DNA from: a virus | Virus record (IMG/VR): IMGVR_UViG_3300045988_166413 | DNA: 41,593 bases | Reading direction: 5' to 3' (one strand) | Part shown: positions 1-7,817 of the stretch, one piece after another | Layout: each line of letters starts with the position of its first letter | Numbering within the stretch: the stretch's first letter is position 1 | The notes under the pieces: generated by a model | The model's input: the letters and a program-made list of their open reading frames with translations, nothing else | Database searches by the model: none | What the model was told of the DNA's origin: nothing | Program-made: the position numbers and the translations under genes

Positions 1-16
1 ATTACACAAAAAAATA

Positions 17-38
17 AGCATAGCTTCGCTATGCTCTT
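17..38 (-). terminator. Host tRNA-Leu rho-independent terminator displaced to the attL side
   Basis: Minus strand AGCATAG-CGAAG-CTATGCT followed by a T-rich tract (TTATTTTTTT). Confidence 0.7.
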
Positions 39-55
39 CTTGGTACCGATGGTGG
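37..55. repeat. attL core: 19-bp direct repeat TTCTTGGTACCGATGGTGG
   Basis: Identical to 41539-41557, which overlaps the 3' end of a tRNA-Leu gene next to the integrase. Confidence 0.93.
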
Positions 56-188
56 TTTTTTACTTTTTTATAATTTCTCTTCTTTTTTTATAAATTTTTA
101 TAGCATGCTATTTTAGGCACTTTCCCAGCTTTTAAAACTTTTATACTTCTTACAATTTCACTTCATTTTTTACAACTTTTCTTTGGCG

Positions 189-210
189 TTGCATTAAACG
201 TTGCATTAAA
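189..210 (+). promoter_or_regulatory. Candidate integrase arm-type sites (2x TTGCATTAAA)
   Basis: TTGCATTAAA at 189-198 and 201-210; the same decamer occurs twice near attR in the same orientation. Confidence 0.55.
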
Positions 211-316
211 ATTATATCTTGCAAATTTTACTTATATAACATATCTATGTTCTTTCTTTATTATTTTGATACATTAAATATTTTTCAAAAAAATTAAAAA
301 ACATTAAAAAAAAGCG

Positions 317-346
317 TTGACAATATACGTACGTATATTGTATAAT
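317..346 (+). promoter_or_regulatory. Promoter TTGACA-N18-TATAAT with perfect 20-bp palindromic operator CAATATACGTACGTATATTG (321-340)
   Basis: Consensus -35/-10; the palindrome overlaps the -35 element and fills the spacer. Confidence 0.8.
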
Positions 347-378
347 ATATACATACCAAGAAGAGAGGTGGTGATAAT

Positions 379-486
379 ATGAAAAAATTAATAAAAAAAG
401 TGCTTTCCTATCTAGCACATAGAAAAGCACAAAACACTAGAAAAAAAGAAGTTAAAGCGATGTTTGATATGCTAAACAATCTTTAA
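379..486 (+). CDS. Small basic protein, 35 aa (MKKLIKKVLSYLAHRKAQNTRKKEVKAMFDMLNNL)
   Basis: RBS GAGAGGTGGTG upstream of the ATG, directly downstream of a strong promoter; shorter than the ORF-track cutoff. Confidence 0.6.
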   Translation: MKKLIKKVLSYLAHRKAQNTRKKEVKAMFDMLNNL

Positions 487-494
487 TCTAGGCA

Positions 495-514
495 AGAGAG
501 GAGCAATCCTCTCT
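495..514 (+). other. Perfect 8-bp stem, 4-nt loop hairpin AGAGAGGA-GCAA-TCCTCTCT between the two small genes
   Basis: Inverted repeat; no long T-tract directly after it. Confidence 0.6.
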
Positions 515-562
515 GCATATTAATTATAATATATTTTATTTTAAAATTCAAGGAGGTTAAAT

Positions 563-757
563 ATGAAAGATAAATATGCAAACCAAAAAAAATATATGAA
601 AAAAAATTTAGTAAAATTAGGTATTGATATAAAACCAGAAATTAGAGAAGAATTTAGAAAATGTTGTGAATTAAATAATACTTTGCCTTCACGTGTTCTT
701 AAAGAATTTGTAAATAAATATATAGAAGAAACGCAAAAAAGAGGCAATAGAAATTAA
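563..757 (+). CDS. Small ribbon-helix-helix-like DNA-binding protein
   Basis: KLGIDIKPEIREEFRKCCELNNTLPSRVLKEFVNKYIEE pattern; RBS AAGGAGG. Confidence 0.6.
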   Translation: MKDKYANQKKYMKKNLVKLGIDIKPEIREEFRKCCELNNTLPSRVLKEFVNKYIEETQKRGNRN

Positions 758-775
758 TCTACTGCCTCTTCTTTA

Positions 776-949
776 TTATATATTATTTGCCAACTTTCTA
801 ATTTTTCTAAAACTTTTGGTTTGACTTATGAACCTTAAACTTTCTAAATTTAAAATTCTATAGTCTCGTACTAATTTAATGTATTGCTTTTTATTTTTTA
901 CATTTAGATTTTTTATCATTCGTAGAGATTTAATATACAGTTCTTTCAT
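776..949 (-). CDS. Hypothetical basic protein, 57 aa (MKELYIKSLRMIKNLNVKNKKQYIKLVRDYRILNLESLRFISQ...)
   Basis: Open frame with RBS AAGGAGATGATAGT-ATG; below the ORF-track cutoff. Confidence 0.45.
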   Translation of the reverse strand: MKELYIKSLRMIKNLNVKNKKQYIKLVRDYRILNLESLRFISQTKSFRKIRKLANNI

Positions 950-1032
950 ACTATCATCTCCTTATTGATAGTATAGCATTTTATGTTTACTTTTGTCTCG
1001 CGAAATTTGTCGAAACAAAAAAAGAACTATTT

Positions 1033-1473
1033 CTAGTCCTTTTCCATTTTTTCTTGTCCTCTTTTATTTTTTAACATTGCATTTACATTTATTGCTGGTA
1101 AAATTACAGGGCTAACGTTTGCAGATGCAGTATATGTGGACACTATTGCTCTTAAATATGGATACATTATTGCTATTGCATTTGCTTCAAATTTCATTAT
1201 ATCATCTTCGCCTACTAATTCAAAGTATCCAGTTATTGTTACATCTAAATAAAATGGTGCATCTTCTATCCCCTTAAATAAACTTGTAGTTAATTCAACT
1301 TTAAATTTGTCTTTCTCTATATTTGCACTTACTTTATTGTCTATATCAAAAGTCAATTTCCAAGTTCTTTTTTCTTTATTTACATTTTCATTATATCTAA
1401 AATTAACATTGTTTACAATATAGTTTATAAACTTTAAGCTGCTTGTAAAAGATTCTCCTGACTTTCTCTCCAT
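1033..1473 (-). CDS. SecB-like chaperone (candidate TAC chaperone)
   Basis: C-terminal half 'FYLDVTITGYFELVGEDDIMKFEANAIAIMYPYLRAIVSTYTASANVSPVILPAINVNAML' matches the SecB pattern (G-x-F...ilfPYaRe-x-vs...P-x-lnLaPvNfdaL). Confidence 0.8.
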   Translation of the reverse strand: MERKSGESFTSSLKFINYIVNNVNFRYNENVNKEKRTWKLTFDIDNKVSANIEKDKFKVELTTSLFKGIEDAPFYLDVTITGYFELVGEDDIMKFEANAIAIMYPYLRAIVSTYTASANVSPVILPAINVNAMLKNKRGQEKMEKD

Positions 1474-1730
1474 AATATATCTCCTTCATTATTTTTTTTA
1501 TCTTGTTTTACATTTTCTTTATATTCACATACATTTTTTATAGAAAATTTTTCATGTATTTTATTATCTCCTAATATTTTAACTTCATCAATTATATTAA
1601 TCGGATTATATTTAATATTGTAACCTAGTAAACTTTCGATTAATTCATCATCTGAATATTTTTCTAATAACTTAGAAAAATCTTTTTGTAATTCTTCCCA
1701 AGACATTTCTTTAAATTTCATCTTCATCAC
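1434..1730 (-). CDS. Middle gene of candidate TAC operon (antitoxin-like)
   Basis: 98-aa protein overlapping both neighbours (19-20 bp and 40 bp); antitoxin role inferred from position only. Confidence 0.5.
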   Translation of the reverse strand: MMKMKFKEMSWEELQKDFSKLLEKYSDDELIESLLGYNIKYNPINIIDEVKILGDNKIHEKFSIKNVCEYKENVKQDKKNNEGDILWRESQENLLQAA

Positions 1731-2364
1731 CTATCATTAAAATATTATTTGTCAAATCTTTTATATATTCATATTCTTCTTGATAATTTTTATTGAATAA
1801 TTGTATCGAAGAAATACATCCTGTATCAATCACACATATATATTGTTGATGTAAAGTATATCCTATTCTTGTTTTATTATAAAATATATCTAAAATTTTT
1901 CTATTAAATTTCAGATCTAGTTGAAAAATATTTTTTATAACTTTACAACCTTCAAAATACTCTGTATGGTCAAATAGCCAATTTATTATATAACAATCTT
2001 TAATTTTAAGCTTTTTATAATATTTATTATTTTTCACTTTATCATAAAACATTTTCCATAATCCTAAAAATTTCCTCAAATTTTCAATTTCATTTAAATC
2101 TAATATTTCTTCTTCATCACATTGTATTTCAGATATGATAATTTTTCTTTCTTTTGATAAATCTTTGTATTCTGGATATTTTTTATATTGATTTATATAT
2201 CTCCTTATATTAAGTAATATTACATTATCCAATTTAGTATAAAAATATACCCCACTCCCCAACCAGTCATCTTCATTTTCTGATTTATCAAACTTATTTT
2301 CTTCTAAAATATCTTTTGCGCTTTTTCTGTCTGTTCCATGATATCCTATTATTGTTACATTCAT
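1711..2364 (-). CDS. ADP-ribosyltransferase-like toxin candidate
   Basis: N-terminus YHGTDRKSAKDIL...DDWLGSGVYFYTKLDN resembles PARP/DUF3990-like H-G-T and G-x-G-V-Y-F motifs; RBS AGGAG upstream of the ATG. Confidence 0.6.
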   Translation of the reverse strand: MNVTIIGYHGTDRKSAKDILEENKFDKSENEDDWLGSGVYFYTKLDNVILLNIRRYINQYKKYPEYKDLSKERKIIISEIQCDEEEILDLNEIENLRKFLGLWKMFYDKVKNNKYYKKLKIKDCYIINWLFDHTEYFEGCKVIKNIFQLDLKFNRKILDIFYNKTRIGYTLHQQYICVIDTGCISSIQLFNKNYQEEYEYIKDLTNNILMIGDEDEI

Positions 2365-2617
2365 TTCTTCTCCTACTAATATTATATAAATTTAATGTAT
2401 TAATAGTTTATAATAGTTTATTTTAATTTTCAACATTTAATGAATATTATATTAACAATATTATTGTCAAAAAATCCTTAAATTAATCAATTTGTTTTAT
2501 TTTTATATTGTTTTTTATGTTTTATTAACATTTTCATTACATTTCTATTACATTTTATCATATTTTTTGTATTATGTAAATAAGTTAGTATAATCCTTGA
2601 TTTATAGGCATAAAAAA

Positions 2618-2652
2618 AGAGGTGTAGCATAAATAAATTACACTACACCTCT
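2618..2652 (-). terminator. Rho-independent terminator after the endolysin
   Basis: AGAGGTGTAG...CTACACCTCT followed by a T-run on the minus strand. Confidence 0.9.
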
Positions 2653-2659
2653 TCTAATT

Positions 2660-4177
2660 TTATTTATAAACATTATTTTTAACATAAGCATATCTACCAG
2701 TTTTAACTACATAGACATAATCTACTGTACTTGATACATTTTTTATAATTTTTACTTGTGTTAGCGGTAAATATGTATATTTAGTTCCTGTTAAATTTGA
2801 TTTTGAATATAAATATGTTTTTGCTTTTAATCTTTTATACTGCCCTACAGTATTTTTTACACTTATAGAAGTAGAACTAGTATAATTAGAAGTATTTATA
2901 TATGCTATTCTTCCAGTTACATTTACTCTAACTTTATCTACATTAGAAGATATATTCTCTAATATAGTTACTGTTGTATTTGCTTTATAAGTATATTTGG
3001 TTCCAGATAAATTACTTTTACTATATAAATAACAAGCTTTTATCTTTCTTATTTGTCCTATTGTATTATAAACATTTGAATTTGTATATGTAGATACTAA
3101 ATAATCAGAAGATACCCATCTATTTGTACCTATTCTAGACCAATTTCCAGATGTTTCATACACTATAACACTTGTTCCATCTGCTAGTGCTCCTACCTTA
3201 CCATATCCTGTACCTGGACCACTTCTTACATTTACCCCTACACCTGTGCTTGTTTTTACGTATCTAGTATAAGTAGATGTTGTTACATTACCTGTATTTT
3301 CTTGTACATTTCCATCGTGCTTATATGCAAAAAATCTTGTATAATTTGCGTATCTTCTAAAATTATCTACAGAACAATACACAGTATTTCCACTAACTGT
3401 TACCTTACCTCTTCTTGTAGAAGTATCAAATTTGCCACTATACAAATATGGATCGTATATCCTTAGCGTATCTCGATCTATTCCAGTAATAACCATTAAA
3501 TGTCCACCTGTTGTAAATAAACCATTACCACAACTTACTATTAAATAGTTATTATCTTTTAATAAATCTACTGCTGTATCTAAGCTATATGTCTCTTGAT
3601 ATCCAATATCAAAAACATCAGCTACCCAACGAAAAGCACTTAAATATGTACCGTTTGATGCACTTCTATATCCATTATTTACGAATAAGTCAGCCATTTC
3701 AGGTGGTGTTATAGTTCCTTTTATAGCTGTAACAATCATTGCAGCACTCGTCGGTCCACATCCACTAGTTCCAACAGTTTGCGAACTATCTCCTACAGAA
3801 CTATACATATGATTCTTCCATCTAGCATCAATTTGTGAGTAATATGTTAAACCTGAATAACTACCTAAATTTACACTAGGAAATTGACTAGAGCCTTCAT
3901 AAGCTATTTGTCCTTGTAATTCAAAATCTTCGTTTTCTACTTCTTGTTCTTTTCCTATTTTTTCTTCTTCTGCTTCTGTTTGCTCTGTTATTTCTGTTGT
4001 ACTTAATGCTTCTATATCCTCATTAGTCATCTCATATGTTTGTACATTATTTTCTGCTGTATTTCCTTGTGTTGTTTCTGTTATTTCTGTTCTTGTCGAC
4101 AAACCAAAGTAAACACCTAAGCATAATATTATAACTATAACTATTACTACAAAAATCTTATACTTTTTATTTTTCAT
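2660..4177 (-). CDS. Endolysin: N-terminal TM/signal segment, C39-like cysteine peptidase domain, SH3b and C-terminal repeats
   Basis: N-terminal VVIVIIILCLGVYFGL; GTSGCGPTSAAMIV...GGHLMVITGID...IYDPY; SH3 region VNVRSGPGTGYGKVG; repeats KTKAYLYSKSNLTGTKYTYL. Confidence 0.8.
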   Translation of the reverse strand: MKNKKYKIFVVIVIVIILCLGVYFGLSTRTEITETTQGNTAENNVQTYEMTNEDIEALSTTEITEQTEAEEEKIGKEQEVENEDFELQGQIAYEGSSQFPSVNLGSYSGLTYYSQIDARWKNHMYSSVGDSSQTVGTSGCGPTSAAMIVTAIKGTITPPEMADLFVNNGYRSASNGTYLSAFRWVADVFDIGYQETYSLDTAVDLLKDNNYLIVSCGNGLFTTGGHLMVITGIDRDTLRIYDPYLYSGKFDTSTRRGKVTVSGNTVYCSVDNFRRYANYTRFFAYKHDGNVQENTGNVTTSTYTRYVKTSTGVGVNVRSGPGTGYGKVGALADGTSVIVYETSGNWSRIGTNRWVSSDYLVSTYTNSNVYNTIGQIRKIKACYLYSKSNLSGTKYTYKANTTVTILENISSNVDKVRVNVTGRIAYINTSNYTSSTSISVKNTVGQYKRLKAKTYLYSKSNLTGTKYTYLPLTQVKIIKNVSSTVDYVYVVKTGRYAYVKNNVYK

Positions 4178-4187
4178 TTTCGACCTC

Positions 4188-4472
4188 CTATACTATAAAT
4201 TTTTGTATAGCTTCTTTTACTTTATCGTAACCCAATTGACTTACTAAACTAGATGCTAAACCAATTAAAACAGCATAGATTACATTGTTAGTTGAAAAAT
4301 CTATGCTTCCTAACTGATAATATAATAATGTTCCTACTAAACCTATTACTATTGCTACTACAAAAGCTGTTGTATTTCCATCTGCACTAAATAACTTCTT
4401 TATTGCTTCTGTTACTAAACTTGCTAATATAGAAAAGCCAAGTAATAAAGCTAAAAACATCTCTACTGTCAT
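4188..4472 (-). CDS. Putative holin
   Basis: Small protein with several TM segments, immediately upstream of the endolysin. Confidence 0.7.
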   Translation of the reverse strand: MTVEMFLALLLGFSILASLVTEAIKKLFSADGNTTAFVVAIVIGLVGTLLYYQLGSIDFSTNNVIYAVLIGLASSLVSQLGYDKVKEAIQKFIV

Positions 4473-4487
4473 CTCAATTCCTCCCTT

Positions 4488-4826
4488 CTATAATAATCCT
4501 AATTTTTTTACTTCTTCCCATTTATCATGCACATATGAATTTCCACCATTTTTTACATATCTTTCGTATATTTCATATGTACGTTTAATTTGTACTTCTG
4601 TCTTTGGTACTCCATTCTCTAGGTCACTTAAGAAATTAATTAGATATGTTTTATCTGCATCTATTGTATGCTTTAACATATCTTCCTTACTTTCTTTTCG
4701 CATAAAATCAAGTTTATTATTTATATCATTTATGTTTTCTATTTTTTTATTAGTTTTCTTACTTATCAATGTATTTGCAATTGTTCCTACAACTGTAATA
4801 ATTGCAACAATTATTGTATCTCCCAT
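4488..4826 (-). CDS. Phage membrane-anchored protein in the lysis cassette
   Basis: N-terminal TM (IIVAIITVVGTIANTLIS) and charged C-terminus; next to the holin. Confidence 0.55.
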   Translation of the reverse strand: MGDTIIVAIITVVGTIANTLISKKTNKKIENINDINNKLDFMRKESKEDMLKHTIDADKTYLINFLSDLENGVPKTEVQIKRTYEIYERYVKNGGNSYVHDKWEEVKKLGLL

Positions 4827-4918
4827 ATTTTCTCCTATTTTATATAAACAAATTAAAGAACATTAATAGCATTAAGCTTATCAATGTTCTTTTTATAATT
4901 CTTAATATCTTCATGTTT

Positions 4919-5728
4919 TTATTCCTCTATAAATAAATACGGATAAATTATACTTGTTTTATCAACATACGTTACTATAAAATCACTTTCATTTGCATTT
5001 TCATCTGGTTTAATATATATTTGTTTCCAATTTTGATTTATTTGTGTTTTATTTTTACTAAAGAAAGTTATAGAACTAATAAAATCGTCATTTTGTGTTT
5101 TTCCGAATGTTGCTAATTTTCCATTGCAATTAACAAAATTATCTTCCAAATCAAACTGTACATTTATTGCAAAAGCTTTACAATTTAACATATCTCCATA
5201 CTCTTCTTTTTCAATTGATATATCGTTTGGGATATCTACATATAGTATTTTATTGAATAAGTTATCTCCCTTTTCAATATTACGTTTATTTATTTTTTGT
5301 ATAATAACAGCACTTCCATCGGTTGTTTGAGTTACTGTTTCTCCAACATTTCCATCTAAATCTGCGTATCCATATATTTTAAATTCTATATTTCCATCTG
5401 GCATGTCTTCTGTAATCTTTATCTCTCCTGCATATGTCGTCGAAGTATCCGCATTAACGTTTATAAAAACCCTAGCTTGTACTCCTGCTATTGTCATTTC
5501 TGGTGCTTTACCAATTTTATTTGATGGTAAATTCACTCTAGCATATACCCATATAGTATCTCCAACTTTTGCAGGGTCATTTTGTGGTCTTGAATTATTT
5601 TGAATACGTACAAAAGTTAAAGTTGGTGGCTCTGCTTTTCTGTATACAATTTTATTATTTATTTTTGCTTCTACTACTGTTCTGCCATTAATTCGCATAT
5701 CTTTTATTCTAATTTGAGATGCCATCAT
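4919..5728 (-). CDS. Tail/baseplate protein with N-terminal tag and Ig-like domain
   Basis: N-term IRIKDMRINGRTVVEAKINNKIVYRK; Ig-like region ending FKIYGYADLDGNVGE; start set at the ATG after RBS AGAGG. Confidence 0.65.
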   Translation of the reverse strand: MMASQIRIKDMRINGRTVVEAKINNKIVYRKAEPPTLTFVRIQNNSRPQNDPAKVGDTIWVYARVNLPSNKIGKAPEMTIAGVQARVFINVNADTSTTYAGEIKITEDMPDGNIEFKIYGYADLDGNVGETVTQTTDGSAVIIQKINKRNIEKGDNLFNKILYVDIPNDISIEKEEYGDMLNCKAFAINVQFDLEDNFVNCNGKLATFGKTQNDDFISSITFFSKNKTQINQNWKQIYIKPDENANESDFIVTYVDKTSIIYPYLFIEE

Positions 5729-5753
5729 AGACACCTCTTTTCTCTAGAACTAG

Positions 5754-5785
<32 letters not shown>

Positions 5786-5826
5786 AGCGCCAAGGCTTAC
5801 ATGACTTGCTATCATATTTTTTCTCC

Positions 5827-6429
5827 TTATTTTTTGTATTCTATTTTATCTGCAAAAAAACCGATTTTATTAAATAAGTCTTCGATTTCATGATCTTGCA
5901 TGGTTCTAGCTAATTCAGTTACATCAACCAGCATAGGCTCTTTCATATAACCTTTGCCGTTTTCATCAGAAAAACTAGCAACCATGTTGTAGAACAATCT
6001 GTATTGTGTTGTTATATCTCTAAAAATATGTGCTATAGTTATTTCGTTAGGACCATTTTGTCCAAAACTATCAGTTAAATTCGGCGAATTTAATTGCTGT
6101 TGCCATTGATAAAAAACATCTTCGCTACCTTTAAAAGTAACTCTTCCATAGTAACTATGACCTTCTATTAGTTCTTTTGTAAATTGAACAATCATAGAAG
6201 TTCTAGTGTTGCTCATATCCATCTTGATCCATGAAACGTATCCATCTTCAATTTCATCTTGTACAACCATATTTACAAATTTCTTAAAGCCTTCTGTTCC
6301 AAATCTAAAATCAGCATTATAAATAATGTTTTCTAGAATCAAAGATTTATTTTTCTTGTAAACAATTCGATTATTTAATTTAGCTTCTTCTATTTCTTTA
6401 TTATTTACTTTCATATCTTTAACTTTCAC
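5827..6429 (-). CDS. Tail/baseplate protein with the same N-terminal tag
   Basis: N-term VKDMKVNNKEIEEAKLNNRIVYKK; late-module context. Confidence 0.6.
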   Translation of the reverse strand: MKVKDMKVNNKEIEEAKLNNRIVYKKNKSLILENIIYNADFRFGTEGFKKFVNMVVQDEIEDGYVSWIKMDMSNTRTSMIVQFTKELIEGHSYYGRVTFKGSEDVFYQWQQQLNSPNLTDSFGQNGPNEITIAHIFRDITTQYRLFYNMVASFSDENGKGYMKEPMLVDVTELARTMQDHEIEDLFNKIGFFADKIEYKK

Positions 6430-6590
6430 TATTCTTCCACCTTTAAATATAAGACACCTGTTTCTTCTATTTCTGGATATTCTGTAACTATTTTTATTTC
6501 TCGAATTTCGGTTGCTAAAACTACTCGTTGTTTTAGTTTTTCATCATAACGCGCTAGTCCACTTTTATCTAAAAAATTATTTTCTGCCAT
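6429..6590 (-). CDS. Small tail-module protein, 53 aa (MAENNFLDKSGLARYDEKLKQRVV...GVLYLKVEE)
   Basis: Open frame whose TAG stop overlaps the next gene's GTG start; FLDKSGLARYDEKLK resembles FLDKEGLLYLWQKI of the neighbouring fibre gene. Confidence 0.6.
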   Translation of the reverse strand: MAENNFLDKSGLARYDEKLKQRVVLATEIREIKIVTEYPEIEETGVLYLKVEE

Positions 6591-6601
6591 TTTATCAACT
6601 C

Positions 6602-7228
6602 CTAGCTAGCAACAATGTCGTCTATCTCTGAATTTTCAATAGGTTTAAGCTCTTCTTTTGAATAATATTTACTTAAATCAATGTCTGCTCCTAAAGGATC
6701 CCATGCAGTTCCATTCCAAGCAACATTCATTCCCGTGTCTTGCAAGTTATATGTATCACCAATTTCTGCAGAAGCAGGTAATGCCTCTTCGTTAGCAACT
6801 GTTCCTTTATATCTATAAACAGATGACACTTTATTGTTAACATATTCTTCTGTTGCTAATCCTTCTTTAGCTTTATTTATTGCTTGCTGTACATCTCCAG
6901 AAGTTTGATATCCTGAATCGTTTGTAAATTGAGATACATTTGTTGGTTTATTCTTAACATTTTCCCAGTCTACACTATCTGCTTCTCCACCACCTGTAGC
7001 ATTTAGTGTTCCGTCTGGCTCTACTTCTAGACCAGTTCCTGGTTTAACACCTCCAATAGTTGATGAAGTCGCTGCTGGCAATGTGTAATTATTTAAACTT
7101 TTTAATTTTTCTTCATATGCACTAGTAAAGTTTTTATCACTTAATACTTTATTTCCATCTTTTTTTACAAAAAGGCTAGTAATTTTTTGCCATAAATACA
7201 ATAATCCTTCTTTATCTAAAAACGCCAT
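6602..7228 (-). CDS. Tail fibre-like protein
   Basis: LPAATSSTIGGVKPGTGLEVEPDGTLN, KPTNVSQFTNDSGY, AEIGDTYNL...WNGTAWDPLGADID. Confidence 0.75.
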   Translation of the reverse strand: MAFLDKEGLLYLWQKITSLFVKKDGNKVLSDKNFTSAYEEKLKSLNNYTLPAATSSTIGGVKPGTGLEVEPDGTLNATGGGEADSVDWENVKNKPTNVSQFTNDSGYQTSGDVQQAINKAKEGLATEEYVNNKVSSVYRYKGTVANEEALPASAEIGDTYNLQDTGMNVAWNGTAWDPLGADIDLSKYYSKEELKPIENSEIDDIVAS

Positions 7229-7240
7229 ATATTTTTCCTC

Positions 7241-7483
7241 CTATATAAAATTTTTAATCATTTCTTCTATTTCAGAATTTTTAATTTTTTCCATTTTCCC
7301 TTGTAAACCTAATTGTTCACTAGTTTTATTATCTTTTAATTCAATATTATTTATTTTAGGCTTATTCTCTAAATTGTTATAATTAGTAGTACTACCAATA
7401 TTTTCTATTCCATAACCTAATTTACCTGTTATGTTCACTTTGGATTTAATTGTTGTATGTAAAGAGCATCTTTCGTTACACAT
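7241..7483 (-). CDS. Small fibre/baseplate protein
   Basis: NYNNLENKPKINNIELKDNKTSEQLGLQ; C-term KNSEIEEMI. Confidence 0.55.
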   Translation of the reverse strand: MCNERCSLHTTIKSKVNITGKLGYGIENIGSTTNYNNLENKPKINNIELKDNKTSEQLGLQGKMEKIKNSEIEEMIKNFI

Positions 7484-7805
7484 TTGGTATCACCCTTTCC
7501 ACACTAAATTTATTTGTTTTTATAATCGGAAATATATCTCCGTTTTTTAATTTTATTGTTATTCCATAAAAATAACAGCCGTAGTCTAGTTGTTCCGTGT
7601 CTTCTGGATTTATTTTAATTTCTACATTGTTTGCTTGCTTATCTATGTGTACTTCTTTTCTTATTAATTCATTTTTTTCACAAGCATTTTTCTTTACTGC
7701 AAATATTATTGTATCTCCAATCTGTAGTATATAATCATCTATTATTAACTCTATTATTCCTGTTGTTCTTCGCTCTAAATAAATAGTTTCATCTATAATT
7801 AACAT
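7476..7805 (-). CDS. Baseplate protein, BppU-N-like
   Basis: LQIGDTIIFAVKKN...YGCYFYGITIKLKNGDIFPII pattern. Confidence 0.5.
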   Translation of the reverse strand: MLIIDETIYLERRTTGIIELIIDDYILQIGDTIIFAVKKNACEKNELIRKEVHIDKQANNVEIKINPEDTEQLDYGCYFYGITIKLKNGDIFPIIKTNKFSVERVIPNV

Positions 7806-7817
7806 TGTTAATCTCCT

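Noticed and set aside
245-747. Minus-strand ORFs 245-430 and 541-747
   Set aside because: Phe/Tyr/Ser-rich translations antisense to AT-rich coding or non-coding DNA; 541-747 is antisense to the well-supported 563-757 gene.
1010-1032. Imperfect inverted repeat TTTTGT-TCG...CGA-ACAAAA near the end of the SecB-like gene as a terminator
   Set aside because: The symmetry is interrupted and the T-run is not properly placed after the stem on the minus strand; not confident enough to list.
2440-2475. Candidate TAC promoter TTGACA on the minus strand upstream of the toxin
   Set aside because: A TTGACA is present but the nearest TATAAT is only 13 bp away; promoter not assigned.
5741-5753. CTCTAGAACTAG next to the microsatellite resembles part of a cloning-vector polylinker
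   Set aside because: Only 12 bp, no further vector sequence on either side, and the surrounding tail module is continuous; treated as chance.
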